Shown in pieces: positions 25,573-39,380 of a stretch of DNA of 64,000 nt. Location: NCBI RefSeq assembly GCF_009834535.1, contig NC_045707.1:49850001-49914000 (forward strand), given 5' to 3'. Made by a program: the position numbers and the translations under genes. Numbering within the stretch: the first letter of the stretch is position 1; every line of letters begins with the position of its first letter. Below the pieces are notes generated by a model. That model did no database searches, was not told the origin of the DNA, and saw only the letters and a program-made list of their open reading frames with translations. The DNA is from Camelus ferus. Taxonomy: Eukaryota.

Positions 25573-26213
25573 GCTAGTACCTACTAGCCTGAGATCTGGG
25601 AGTCCCCAATACGTTAATACGAGGTAGCAGGCAGGAGGGAGGGCAGCCAAGCCAAGTTCCCTTACCCCACCCAATCTCAGATGGACCGAGAGAGATTAGG
25701 TTTACAGGGTGAACATAAAGCTCTATATTAGATGCTCCAAAGTAACCCAACTTGTCTTTTAAAAGACTGAGAAGATTCATATACTACATGAAATTGTGAA
25801 TTCATACTGATGCTCCCATACCAGTCCAGCCCACTGAGCTCTTCTTTGCCTCCCATTCCACTTTTTTTTCCTCTATCTCCGCAGTGAGGGCCGTAGCTCC
25901 CAACATTAACACTTCTTTGAGACTTCTACGTCTGTGCCACTATGACAAACAGAGGTACTAAGAGAAATTTAAGACTTGTTTACACTCTTTTCCCCTAGAC
26001 TAAGACTGTGTAGTAAAAATAATACTGTATCTGACAGTTAACTTGCATTGGATTCTCCACCCCCTCCCCAACCTTGAGTTTTTTATTCATTTGAAGTATG
26101 GTTGGGTTCATTTACTTAGTTGTATTCCCTTTAACTACCCCCCCAACCTATTTTGTTTCAGTTTTATATTTTGAATATGTAGAACACTAATGTGCTTTCA
26201 AAAGTCAAAACTA

Positions 26214-26345
26214 GGGGAAAGGTATAGCTCAAGTGGCAGAGCACATGCTCAGCACACAAGAGGTCAGAGGTTCAATCCCCAGTACCTCCTCCAACTGGAA
26301 ATCAGTGAAGAAACCTAATTACCTCCCCCTCAAAACAAACAATAC
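26214..26345 (+). mobile_element. tRNA-derived SINE, camelid Vic-1-like
   Basis: GGGGAAAGGTATAGCTCAAGTGGCAGAG (A box) and GGTTCAATCCCCAGTACCTCC (B box), a non-tRNA tail aaacctaattacctccccc, an A-rich end and an 11-bp TSD aagtcaaaact (26202-26212, 26346-26356). Confidence 0.9.
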
Positions 26346-26651
26346 AAGTCAAAACTGCACATAAAAAATGTATACTCAAAATAGTCCTTTTCCTTTTTCC
26401 TTCTACCCACTCATCCTGCTTTTTTTTTGCCAGGTAACCAATTTTCTTGTTTTCTGGCTTTTTTTTTCTGTGTTTCTTCTTTCAGAAATAAACAGACTGT
26501 GTATGGTTTTTCTTCTTTTTTTTACACAAGAGTGGTGTATGCTTTGCGTTCAGCTTTTCCCCACTCAGTAACTTCCTGCACATCCCTCCATTTGGCTTGT
26601 AGATGTCTTCCTCTTTTTTTATAACTTCATGGTATTCTGCCAATGTGCTCT

Positions 26652-26751
26652 NNNNNNNNNNNNNNNNNNNNNNNNNNNNNNNNNNNNNNNNNNNNNNNNN
26701 NNNNNNNNNNNNNNNNNNNNNNNNNNNNNNNNNNNNNNNNNNNNNNNNNNN
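26652..26751. other. Scaffold gap (100 N, conventional placeholder for unknown size)
   Basis: Run of exactly 100 N. Confidence 1.
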
Positions 26752-29700
26752 AGCTGAATAATATGTTAGCTGAACCACACAACTGAAGATGAGAAATACT
26801 TTGTTATGACCATGCTATATAACTAACTCTTTTTGAGATAGTTCCACTATGCCTGCTTTTAACGGGTAAGATAGACTTTACTAAGTGGAGTAGGATACTA
26901 AGAAGCAGCCCAAGGAAGTGGATGTTACTTTTATTTCAAAATGCTGATGATATATGAATAGATAAATAGAAAAAGTCTTTCTAAAATACTTGTTACAGAT
27001 TAATAAGTCTTTTTTTTTTCCAGAGGAGAAAACTCTCCAAAAGTTTGACCTTAAGCATTTAAGTGCAAATATATGTTGAGTTAATCCAGGAAAGAGGTTC
27101 TGTGTTTGTATATGAAGTAGAATTTTAAAGTTTTAGGAAGGTGTCCTAGCAGGCTTTTCCTGTGACATTATATGTGAACTTTTTTTTTAATCCTCAGACT
27201 TTGGAAAATTTAAGATTTTGGATATAAAAGTTCCTTCAAAAGTTATTTATGTGATCGCTGTGCTAGGCAGTAACAACTGTGACCTGCCAAGAGAGAGGCT
27301 GTTATGCAGGACTTTCAGTCCAACTCACTTGGTGTGTCCAGTGGTTCCTCCTTGGTTTCCTTTTTTGTTGCGGTGATTCATCAGGTGCTGTATGCTTCCA
27401 AGGAAACCAGTGTTAAGTATATGCAACATATGCACATGTCCCCTTCCTGGTCTTTGATCTCTTCCTGTCATGATGGGGATTATATCGTTTCCAGCTATTC
27501 TTAGACAAGGAAGAAAGGCATTTGGAGTCAGCTGTCCAACCTTCAAATCTCCATAGTTTTGCTACCATCCTGTCCTATTCTTAGAACTCTTGATAGTGAT
27601 CTCTCTTTCTGTCACTTACTTTTGAAGGTTTTTTTTTTCAAGTTGTACTGAGCTCAGCTTGTATTCCACAGACAGCCAAGGTGGAGAGCCAGACTGTCAG
27701 TTCTGAGTTACATCATAATCTTGGACTTGTCCCTACCATGTCCTTTCTTGATGTGTATCTAAAGATTCCAGTTTGAATGTTTCCCCTAGCTGAGGCTGTG
27801 TGGGTGAAGGTCTCTGTGCAAAATGAGGGAAAACTCCTCCTTTTGAGGAGTTTCTTTGACTGTGCCCCTCCAGTATATTCTATACTAGGTAGCCCTATAA
27901 AGCAGATGCAACTGGGAGTTGAAAGGAAAAAATTTGGAATGGTTTTGGGGGTCTAGAGAGATTCTAGTTTAAAGCTGCAGTTGGACACAAGAGATTAGAG
28001 TCATCAAACGTCAATAGATTGTAGTGGTGTTGAGGACCTTAAGATGGCAGCTGTAGAAGTGGGATGTGATGGTGGAGGGAGAATAGGACGGATTATGGGA
28101 TTGAATGTAATTTTTTTGCATCCAGTTTGTTGATAGACATCAGCATATATGTATTTGAATATTCAGAGCAGGTGGTTTTTTTTTTTTCTATTTATCAAGT
28201 ACTGCCTCTTAATTGCTTAGAAAGTTAAAGATGTAAAAGCATAAAATGTGCCAAAATAACTATCATGACATTCCTCTAATGTTGAAGTCTGTGAATAATA
28301 GTCTTCTTGTCATGGAATGCAACTTAGTGACCAGTGGCCATCTGAAATGCCTCTGAAAGGAAAGGAATGAAAGAGGAAGGAGACTAGAAGAATGGGGAGA
28401 GGTATGGGATAATTTCTTTCCTAGCCTGAAGGGTATTATTTGTCTAGCTTCCTGAACCATGTAAAACATGTAGAGAACCAGGAAATTGGCAGACGGGCCC
28501 TCTTAGAAGCCAGGAGTCCAAGCATCAAATCTCTCAGTGCCTCACTCCACTTTCAGTGTTTACTTGGTGTGTTTACTAGTATTTTAAATACACTTTTATA
28601 GCATTTTGATCATTGGTTTCCCAGGTCACTGCAGATGAGAACAAATGTGGAGAAACTGGAAAGGTTGTTCAGAAGCAAGCACAAAAAGTACCAAAAAAAA
28701 AAATTGAAAATTGGTATCTCGATAGTGAAAAAGGTTTTTAAAATTAAAAATAGGAATTCACAAAATTTAATAGTCAAGGAAAATTTGGTTCAAAAACAGT
28801 AACTCTGTGCTGCTATCCTCATCTGGACTAGCTGTCTTTTAGGACTCATGATGGAACTCCTTCATGAAGGACTGCCAAGCTCTCCAGAAAATGAAATGCT
28901 TCTCTCTAGGCGCTTACTGAATTCTCATGTGTCCATTAGGCTCTGAACCCCCTGTATGACCCCATCTCTGCCGTCACAGTGATGACCTGCAGGCACATCA
29001 GGAGTTCTTACTGTGTTACAGATATGCTGGCCTGCTTGTTAATCTGGGACATACTTTGTACATCGTACTTTGCCCTAGTTCCTCATATTACAAAATACTA
29101 CCTTTTCTTCAAGACACACACTCTTAAATTCCCCACCTTCCCCATGCAAGTGTTGCCATTGCTTTGTATTAAGTCAGTGTTTCCTTGATTCTGAAACACC
29201 CATTAGGAAATAAATTACTGATTTAATAATAGTTGTGGGGAGTAAAAGGGAAAATTACATATGCATACAGAATACTTTTACTAACAGAAGCATATTATAG
29301 TGATATTCTGCTTTCTTCAATATAAAAAACTGAGTCAAAGTGTTTTCTGAGTCTTAAGTCATCTGAATCATTTTGGCCATTGATTAAGAATCACAACATG
29401 GTAATATGTTGGTTTTTATAACCTATGTTCTGTGATCTTGACCTCCTTAACATCCTTGACCTCCTCACCTTGACAGTTGACCTGTAATTTTGAAACTTAG
29501 TAAGTATATAGGTTTTGTTGGCATTTCCTGTTGGTTTAAAACTGAAGTTTTTTTTTAATTCTTTTTGTATGTTTTCATTTTTTGTCCTTAATGTAATAGT
29601 AACTCTGAGTGCTAATACATAAAAAGGAAACACTGCCCTTCCTTAGTTTGATAATTCTGTGATTTTTCTGAGAGGTAGCAAATTCTGTTCCCTTTAATTA

Positions 29701-32700
29701 CTTTGCTTGGTATGTGACAGGCAATCTATATAACTCGTTTTTGGTTTCACTGTTACTTCTTTAATTATAAACTTCTGAAAGCTGTTTTACGTAAAAATTG
29801 GGGAATTCAGATTCCTGTCAACTCAACAAGGGTGGAATTTCCTAATTTTATGGGCTAAAAATGCTGGGAAGTGAAAAGAATGATTTCTGAAATATATTTA
29901 ATCCAGGGAAATATGGTACTTCTAAAATATTATTTGTTATCTTATATTTATCTGTCATTTTACTGTTAGATAAACAGAGTTCTTTAAGAGTGGAGTCTAG
30001 ATTGGGATGGTTTATATCCCCTGGAACTAGCATAATACCTGGCACACTGTAGGTCTTAAAAAAAAATTCAAAAGTTAAAAAAAAGAGTAGTAATCCTCGG
30101 TGATTACTTGCTGGTTTAATTATGTTTGACTCTTTCAAATTGTCCAAGATAATTTTGCAGTATGTTTTTGGAAGATTTTTGTATAAAATATTTAAAATAA
30201 AATATTTTCTTTATAAGGATAAAATTCATCTCATGGCAAAGCGAATAAATAGCTCACAAGCCAATTCTGCCTTTAAGTAAGTACTTTTGACATGAAGACT
30301 GAGTATTACACTAGTGAACAGTCACAGGCTTCAGACCACTGCTTTAGTAAAGAAAATGGATTTGGCTTACTGGCCTTAATATTTGAGGTCATGAGGATAA
30401 AGATCCTCTTTGGTAGTCAGAAGAGGATTGATTGTGTCAGAACGTGTTGCATGTAACAGTTGGTATCATGCTTTCTGTCTAGCAGCCCTCCAGAAAAGAT
30501 AATGGCCTCTATCTGGAGGTAGAGAAATGAGTCAGTTCACCTGCCCAGATGCTCAGTGGCAGAGAAGGCCTGGGGGCCCAGCCCTCTAACTCCCTTGTCT
30601 GCTGCTCTTTCTGCTGTACAGTGTTGAGCCTCTGGCATGCTACCAGATGTTTAAAGTAATGTCAAGGGCCAGTTTTTTTTGTTTGTTTTTTTGTAGGATT
30701 AAAATGCTCTTGGATGATTTTTTAAATGCTTACCTGTTTACCTAAGGCTTGATGAAAAAAAAATGTGCAGGAGACTAGAGATTTGGCTTAATCTGATTGA
30801 CTCTAAATATTGATTATAGAAGTCCAAATTTAAATCTGCTTCTGCTTAGATTCTGGGAAGATTGTGCCACACATTTATAGTGACACTGAAGACTTGATAC
30901 TATCTTGATCTTAAAAGGAGAATTTATACAACCAGAGATATTAGGAGGAAATAGTAATTGTTGATGAAGTGTGATGTCTGATGATATCTGGGGGGAAAAA
31001 GTTAAGGTCTGTAGTAGAAACACAACATTGGAGATTCAAGAAAGCATTCCTGTCAACATTAATAAGTGATAAATAATAAATGGTAAAACACATGTTTATT
31101 AATTTTTAAAAAGCATAATTCTGTTGAATCCTTTCCACAAGATTGAACAATTCATTTGGGCTTAGGATGTTGACATTCTGAATTGAGTGAGGAGATTTTG
31201 TGTTAAGAAATACCGCCTTTCATAAACACTTGCCTCTGATATACAACAGGTTCTATGATAGTTTTTTTTTTACACCAGTGTCCCTATAACTGTGTGTGAG
31301 CCATCCACTTATTAATGAAACTTGTGTGCAAAATTATTTTTGATTATGTATCTTCCAAAAATTGAAGATTTGCTAACATTGAGGATATTTTCTTTCAAAA
31401 GTGCCTCACACTCAAGGAAGTTTCAAAATAGGAGTGCTTGAAATGTTTTCAGCAATGACAGCCTTATTAGGATGAGCTAAGGTAATTTATACTTAGTATA
31501 AAAATGGGCATTTTAGGCTATGTATTTCTGATACATATTTTGACATATCAGTTATTACTTTATAGTCATACTGCATAGTTGTAGTCAGGAGCACCCAGGA
31601 CAGAGACTAGATTTGTTAGATGCTTACTAAATGTTTACTAGGAATAATCCAACTATCCAGAAAGTTCCTAACTGGAATTTCTATACATTTTATGTTTAAA
31701 CTATGAGTCAAGCAGCTGATAAGAATTTAATTCAAAAAGTGAGTTCTAGGTTTATGATGGGATCAGTGCAAATTCAGTGCAGACCATTATAGCTTCTGTA
31801 TTTATACTATTCTAGAATGACATTTAGAATTTAGAAAACACTTGCTAAACTTTGTATATGAACACTGTGTACTATGTGTGTGGTGTAAGGTAGGAGATGA
31901 AGGTGAGGATACAAAAGAAGTGTCTCCCTGATTGGTTATGATGTATTGGGTAAAAAAGATGAATATATGTATTTATATAGCAAACTAAAGAACAGGTGTG
32001 GATTAAGAAGCTATATTGATGGTTTATATAAAATGTGTGTGTATATATACACAGTGGAATATTATTCAGCCATAAAAAGAAGGAAATCTTGCCATTTGTT
32101 ACAGCATGGTTGAACCTTGAGGGCAGTATGCTAAATGAAATGTTAGATGTAGGAAGATAGATACTGTATTATCTCACTTATATGTGGAATTTGAAAAACA
32201 AACGAACAGATACAGATTGGTTTGTGGAGGTTTGGGGCAGGTGGTGCAAATGAGTTGGGTTGGTCAAAAGGTACACACTTCTAGTTATAAAATAAGTAAG
32301 CCCTGAAAATGTAATATACAGCGCAGTGACTATAGTTAATAATACTGTATTGTATAGTTGAAAGTTGCTAAGAGAGTAGATCTTTAAAAGTTCTTACCAC
32401 GAGAAAAAAATTGTAACTGTGTATAGTGATGAATGTTAAGCAGACTTGTAATCATTTTGCAATATAAACAAATATTGAATAATTGTATCTTACCTGAAAC
32501 TAATATAATGTTATATGTCAGTTATATCTCAATTGAAAAAACATACTGAATATGGGCCATGTGAAATAAGGCAGCCTCTGAGCTGTAGATTGGGAATTTG
32601 GTGTTTTTAAGTTTTGTCTTAGAAACATGAAGGTTATTTATTCTATTAGTCTGCAGCCAGGAAGGCATGTCATATGGCTGACAGAGGCTATTTGACAATT

Positions 32701-35700
32701 CGTTTCCAATGTTTTGTACGTGTGGTAAGTTGGGAGACCAGAGTGAGGTGAAGCTTAGCTATTGAAAGACCTAATTTCCTTCTGAATCAAAGAAAAATGA
32801 TTACATTTAGTGTTTAAACTACTTTTTAAAATTTGTTTGGAAACCGCTAATATTAAATCGGTTTTAGAGTTGCCAGGTTTAGCAAGTAAAAATACAGGAC
32901 ACCCAGTTAAATTTAATTTCAGATGAGTTAATTTTTTAGTATAAATGTATCCCACACATTGGACGGACATACTAAAATACTAAATACTAAAATACTAAAA
33001 AAGTATTTACTGATTGTCTGAATTTAGATTTAACTGGATGTTCTATATTTCACTCGACAATCCTGTTAGGGTCTGACAAGACAGGCAGTAGCATTGTGAA
33101 TCTTTCCTCTAAGTTGGAAAACAGGAAGTTGAAATATGGACCATACGTAGGTTTTTAAAAGGATGCCAGTATTGAAAACAAAATTTGAAGAGCATCTGTT
33201 TATTGCCGGTCAGAGTAGACAGGAGGTTTTTAGACTCTGGGTGAAACAACTGAAGTCAATACAGTGAACCAAGGCTCTGAACCATTAAAGTGAACTTGAT
33301 ATTGACTCTACATTGTAGCTCAACTTCAGGCTTCTTATGTTTTTTGTTTGTTTGTTTGTTTTCTGGTAGAGACTATAAGCAAAATGTAAGAGTAGCCCTA
33401 AATCCATGTAAGGGAGCACTGATGTTTTTGCACTTGGACTGGGAGAGCTAATAAGGGGCAGCATTTTGAGGGCAAAGAATTTTAGAGCTCAAAAAGATGT
33501 TGGAGAACTTGGTCCAGTCCTCTTTTTTTAGATGAGAAAACTGAGACCTGGGGACCCCACAGCTTGCCCAAGATTGTACAGTGAGGATGAAAACCCAGAT
33601 ACGGCTCGCATTTTAGTGCCCATTCCACTGTTCAGTGGGTGGCTTTCCTAAACTCTGACAGAAATAGTACCCATTCAGAAAACTATTTGAGTGCCAGCTT
33701 TATGTGTGTTCATTGTAATTCAAGGTACTCTGCTAGGTGCTGGAATGATATTGGTTAAAGCAGGTAGTCTCTGTCCTGTTAAAATGAAAATTTGTTGTCT
33801 TTCTATTTATTTATTGTAGGCACTTGATGCTAAATGAACACTATTTAGGGAAAAATGGTTTCATTAACATGTGTAAACCAGTGGTAGAACTCTGACGCCT
33901 GATCCCTGTAGCTCACCCCTCTGTTCTGCAGTTTGTAACAATTGTGCCAAAACTCTTGCGAGTCTCCGAGTATCTTATGATTTAAAACCTCTGCTCAACT
34001 GATAAGTGTTAACTGTTCTTTTATAATTCAGTCAGTTACCCTAAATAATCAAGAGTAATATCGATGAGACCTCAGTGGTTATATGAAAGAAAGTGCTCTA
34101 AATCCGTCCCCTGGTACACTGAACAGACAAATTTGGAATGTGTTTTTAAAATGGATCTCATTTATAAACTTGCCTCTTTAAATTGGAGCAAAAATGTTCT
34201 AATCAATAACCATTCGGGTTACATTCTAGTTAATTAAGAGTTTTATACATTTTTAAAAGATGTTCTGTATGGTAGTATCTTTATGGGAAAATAATGCTGT
34301 CAGTATTATTTAAATGAGAAAGAGACTAGGTGGTTAGATTGGCCACGTTTTTTTTTAATGAAAGTTCAGTCAGTTACAGTGTGTCTATATCTGGTGTACA
34401 GCACAATATCCCAGTCATGCATATATATACACATATATTCACTTTCATATTTTTTCCATTAAAGGTTATTACAAGATATTGAACATAGTTCCTTGTGCTA
34501 TACAAAATAAACTTATTTTTTTAATCTATTTTTATATATAGTGGCTAACATGTGTAAATATCAAAATTGGCCACTTTCTTGACCTTACTCACTAGTGAGT
34601 TGAAAGAAATGAATCATTTGTATTTCTAGAAAATGTAAGTAGCCGCATAAGGATATTATGTTAAATTAATTATGGATATGTGGTAGAGACAGGATCATAT
34701 TTTTATTTGGCTTAATACCCAGCTGTTTTTTCTTAGTATGTATGTGGCCACTGTGGTGGCACTTACTGTCAGTTTAGCTAAGTAACTTTGCTACATGTGT
34801 CTGTGCGCACACACAAACACACACGCACACACACGCAGATACCCCACTTGGAATGTGAAACTCTTCCAATCATGTAGTGTCATGTTGCTATTGAACATAA
34901 ATATGCTGTGCACTGATGTAGGCATAGTGATGCCTGGGGAAATGGCCTGTGCCTGGAGGGTGTCTTGGGCTGGTTAGGTTGTTTATGAATATGTTTGCTT
35001 GATTCAAAATTCATTTGTTACTTGTTAGTATTTCTTAATGAAGAGTGTACTCAATGTAACATATTTCTGCTGAAGTTTCCTTTTGGATTTTTTAGGAGGT
35101 TTTGTGGTATGCTCCATATCACATTCTATGTAAACTGGATAAAGGGGGAAATACAGTTGTGATTTAAAAACACTTAGCTATGAACCAAAATAAAAGTGAG
35201 TGTGCTCAAAAGCCTATCAGAGAACTATATTCAATATTTGGTAATGACCTTTAATGAAAAAGAATATGAAAATGAATATATGTATATGCATGACTGGGAC
35301 ATTGTGCTGTACATCAGAAATTGACACACTGTAACTGACTGTACTTCAATACAAAATAAATAAATTAATTAAAACTCTTTAAAAAAAAAAAGCCTATTAG
35401 CTATCTGGCATTCTTGTAGTAAGGGAGAGTAGGGGACAAGAATTGGAGAAAGGGGTCTAGTCTTTGCTTAGACAGGGTAAAGAGTAGACCAAAGTCAAAG
35501 TAGGATGGATTGTAGATACTGGAAGCAGCACCATTTTGTACTTGAAAATAGACTTCTGACAGGTTAAGCTGCAAATGCTTCTGGTTTATCTTCTTAGGGA
35601 AGTAGGGTATAAGATAACCCTTCCTTTATCATCTAAAAAGAGTGAAAGAGTGACTTGAAGAACGAGTTTTACAAATGCCCAAGGGAATTTCAGACAGTTT

Positions 35701-38186
35701 TCTTTTAACAATGGTCAGCATTTTCAGGTCATACCTAAAGAAAAAAAAAAAGCATCAAAATTAAGTATTGCTTGAGGTAAAAAGGTAAAAAAAGGTCTTA
35801 GTCTCTGAGGGCCACCATAACAAGATAACCACAGACTGGGTGGTTTAAATAAGAGAAATTAATTTTCTCATAGTTCTTGATGCTGACGTGTCACAGGTCA
35901 AGACTGGCAGGACGAATTTTCTCCTTAGGCCTCTCTTCTTGGCTTGTAGATGGCTACCTTGTGTCCTTATCTGGCCTTTTCTCTTTGTGCACCTGCCTGA
36001 CGTGTCTCTTCCTCTTATGAGGACACTGATTCTATTGGATTGGAGCCCCCACCTTCCTGACCTCGTTTAACCCATTACCTCTTTAAAAAGCCCTATCTCC
36101 AATGACAGTCACCTTTCGAGTTAGAATTTACACAAAGAATTTTGAGGAGACACAATTCAGTGCCTAACAGGGAAAGCGAAGAAATTCACTCTGAAGTGTA
36201 ATTTTAGTCAACTAGAACATGGTTCTGAAATTTTAGCATACGTGAGAATCACCTAGAGGCTTGTTAAAACTCCTTGCTGGGTCCCTCCACAGAGTTTCTG
36301 ATTCAGTAGGTCTGGAGTGGTTGGGAGGATTTGCATTTCTAGCAAGTTCCAAAATATGCTGCTGTTGCTGCTCTGTAGACCATGCTTTGAGAATCACTGA
36401 TGTTATAGTTCCCATTTGGATTGAGGGAAGTTGCTGAAGAATGCCTCTAAAGTACAGGAATTTTCTCCTTGGGGATGGGAGTGATGAGATGGACTGCAGT
36501 GGGACATAGAAGACATAGTAGAAATGTTGAGAAATACTGGTTCTGCTCACTGGCCATCATGTTTACTCTCAGTAAGTTGAAGAGACATTTGATTGGATGT
36601 TGAAAAAGCAGGCACTTCTGTTGTCTGTTATGGGTGGGAAATTGACTCTAAGACTTGGTTATTAAGGAATTTAATTCCCAGGATCTTCATCACATCCTTC
36701 AAATCTTTGCTGAAATGTCCCCCTCTTGGTGAAGCATTCCCTGACCATCCTATTAAATTGCATCTGTGACTTTAAAGACTTTATCCCAAGAACAGAGGGC
36801 CAAGGCAGGTGCTGTAGTGAAAAATACAAATTAGATAGAGTAGTGCCTGAAGCTTAGAATTTAATGTTTACTTAGTTTAAACAGACTTTTTGGTTGAAGT
36901 GTAGGCAGTGAGTAAAATTGGTTTGTACTCCAAAAGTTCATTTTTGAAACAAATTTTCTCATAGAAATAGAACTATAACAGTTGGTCAACAAAATCCAAA
37001 AATGCAGGTAAGTCAGAACTTGAAACAAATTTTCTCTTAGAAATAGAACTATAAACAATTGGTCAACAAAATCCAAAAACGAAGGTAAGTCGCTAGTACT
37101 ATACTAGCCTGAGATCTGGGAGTCCCCAATACGTTAATACGAGGTAGCAGGCAGGAGGGAGGGCAGCCAAGCCAAGTTCCCTTACCCCACCCAATCTCAG
37201 ATGGACCGAGAGAGATTAGGTTTTACAGGGTGAACATAAAGCTCTATATTAGATGCTCCAAAGTAACCCAACTTGTCTTTTAAAAGACTGAGAAGATTCA
37301 TATACTACATGAAATTGTGAATTCATACTGATTGCTCCCATACCAGTCCAGCCCACTGAGCTCTTCTTTGCCTCCCCATTCCACTTTTTTTTTCCTCTAT
37401 CTCCGCAGTGAGGGCCGTAGCTCCCAACATTAACACTTTCTTTGAGAACTTCTACGTCTGTGCCACTATGACAAACAGAGGTACTAAGAGAAATTTAAGA
37501 CTTGTTTACACTCTTTTCCCCTAGACTAAGACTGTGTAGTAAAAATAATACTGTATCTGACAGTTAACTTGCATTGGATTCTCCACCCCCTCCCCAACCC
37601 TTGAGTTGTTTTATTCATTTGAAGTATGGTTGGGTTCATTTACTTAGTTGTATTCCCTTTTAACTACCCCCCCAACCTATTTTGTTTCAGTTTTATATTT
37701 TGAATATGTAGAACACTAATGTGCTTTCAAAAGTCAAAACTAGGGGAAAGGTATAGCTCAAGTGGCAGAGCACATGCTCAGCACACAAGAGGTCAGAGGT
37801 TCAATCCCCAGTACCTCCTCCAACTGGAAATCAGTGAAGAAACCTAATTACCTCCCCCTCATAAAACAAACAATACAAGTCAAAACTGCACATAAAAAAT
37901 GTATACTCAAAATAGTCCTTTTCCTTTTTCCTTCTACCCACTCATCCCTGCTTTTTTTTTTGCCAGGTAACCAATTTTCTTGTTTTCTGGCTTTTTTTTT
38001 CTGTGTTTCTTCTTTCAGAAATAAACAGACTGTGTATGGTTTCTTCTTTTTTCTTACACAAAGAGTGGTGTATGCTTTGCGTTCAGCTTTTCCCCCACTC
38101 AGTAACTTCCTGCACATCCCTCCATTTGGCTTGTAGATGTCTTCCTCTTTTTTTATAACTTCATGGTATTCTGCCATATGTGCTCT
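26752..38186 (+). repeat. Copy 2 of the ~11.4 kb direct duplication
   Basis: Starts at the first base after the gap with the sequence found at 15250 and runs on seamlessly into unique sequence after 38186. Confidence 0.99.
37743..37876 (+). mobile_element. Duplicate copy of the Vic-1-like SINE
   Basis: Same element with TSD aagtcaaaact at 37731-37741 and 37877-37887. Confidence 0.9.
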
Positions 38187-38386
38187 GCAACCACTCTCCT
38201 ATGTTTGGATGTTTTAGGTAGTTTCCAGCATTTTGAAGTTATAAATAATGCCACAATGAATAACTGCGTATGTATTTTCGTATTGTAAACATATATTTTC
38301 ACAGTAGATTCTTGTGAGATTGCTGAGTTGAAGGGTCAATTAATAGTAGTTCTGTTAGTAGCTATTTTCAGTTTAGGGATATGCCA

Positions 38387-38939
38387 TGCTCTAGTTATGT
38401 ATGGCTGCTTAACATACCACCCCAAACTTAATTGTGTACAATTTCTTTTATTGTGCTCCTAGATTCTAGGTCAGAAATTAAGGTAGGGGATATGGGAGTG
38501 TCTTGTCTCTGTGGAGCTTCCATCAGGAAGTCTCAGATGGCAATGAGGTGACTAGAACAGTTAGGGACTGGAATTATATGACAGCTTCTTTATTTATATC
38601 TGGTGCCTGTACTGAGATGACTGAAGTTGGGCTCAGTTAAGACTCAGCCAGAATATATGCACATGGACTCTTAGTGAGCATGGACTTATTCACAGAATTG
38701 GCATCCTGGGTTCTAGGAAGGCATACATTTCAAGAGAGTGAGCATTCACCCCAAGACAACCAGACAGAAGCTACACCACCTTGTATGACCTGGTTTCAAG
38801 TCACATAATATTGCTTCTGTGGTACTCTGTTGGGGGAAGTAGTCACAAGACTACCCAGATTCAGGGGTGGGGATTCAGACCTCACCTCTCTATGGGAGTA
38901 GTGTCAAAAATTTTGCAACTTTGTTTTAAAACTGCCACA
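38387..38939 (-). mobile_element. MLT1 solo LTR nested in the old L1
   Basis: TG...CA termini, ggctgcttaacataccaccccaaactta...agtcacaagactacccagattcagggg...aaaactgccaca, and a near-perfect 5-bp TSD tgcca/tgaca. Confidence 0.8.
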
Positions 38940-39210
38940 TGACATTTTGCATACATTGCTGGTGCATCAGTTGTTTCTCCAAAGCCTCACTAACCAGTAC
39001 ATTTTCCAGCTTTTGAATTTTTGTTAATATGTTTGACAAGAGATGGTGTTTCACCATAGATTTAATTTGCATTTTTCTTATAAGTAACAGTGAACATCTT
39101 TCCCTGTTTTTAAGGGCTATTTTTATATTTTTGTGACCTGTCTGGGACTTTTACTCATTTTTCTGTAAGATATTTGGTCTTTTCCCCCTTAACTTAAAAA
39201 ATGTCTTCAA

Positions 39211-39380
39211 AGATAACAAGTTCCTACTGTATAGCACAGGAAACCATATTTGATATCTTGTGATAGCCTATAATGAAAAAGAATTTGAAAAGGAGTATAT
39301 CTATAGCTGAATCACTAGGCTGTACACCAGAAATTAACACATTTTAAACCAACTATACCTTAATTAAAAAAGCATTTTTT
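39211..39380 (+). mobile_element. Short L1 3' end (cetartiodactyl type) with TSD, nested in the old L1
   Basis: aacaagttcctactgtatagcacaggaaac...gctgaatcact...gctgtacaccagaaattaacaca, with TSD atgtcttcaa at 39201-39210 and 39381-39390. Confidence 0.88.

Larger units (their letters stand above)
15250..26651 (+). repeat. Copy 1 of an ~11.4 kb near-identical direct duplication
   Basis: Begins agctgaataatatgttagc and ends ...tgtgctct at the N gap. ORF-track entries recur at an offset of about +11.5 kb. Confidence 0.99.

Noticed and set aside
26214..26290. tRNA-Ala-like gene
   Set aside because: Stems are degenerate and the sequence continues into a SINE tail with an A-rich end and TSD, so it is a SINE rather than a tRNA.
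26482..26778. ORF spanning the N run
   Set aside because: Artefact of translating through the gap.
16764..34977. Pairs of identical ORFs that look like duplicated genes (e.g. 17481/28979, 18352/29848)
   Set aside because: Short chance ORFs in intronic or TE sequence, repeated only because of the 11.4 kb duplication.
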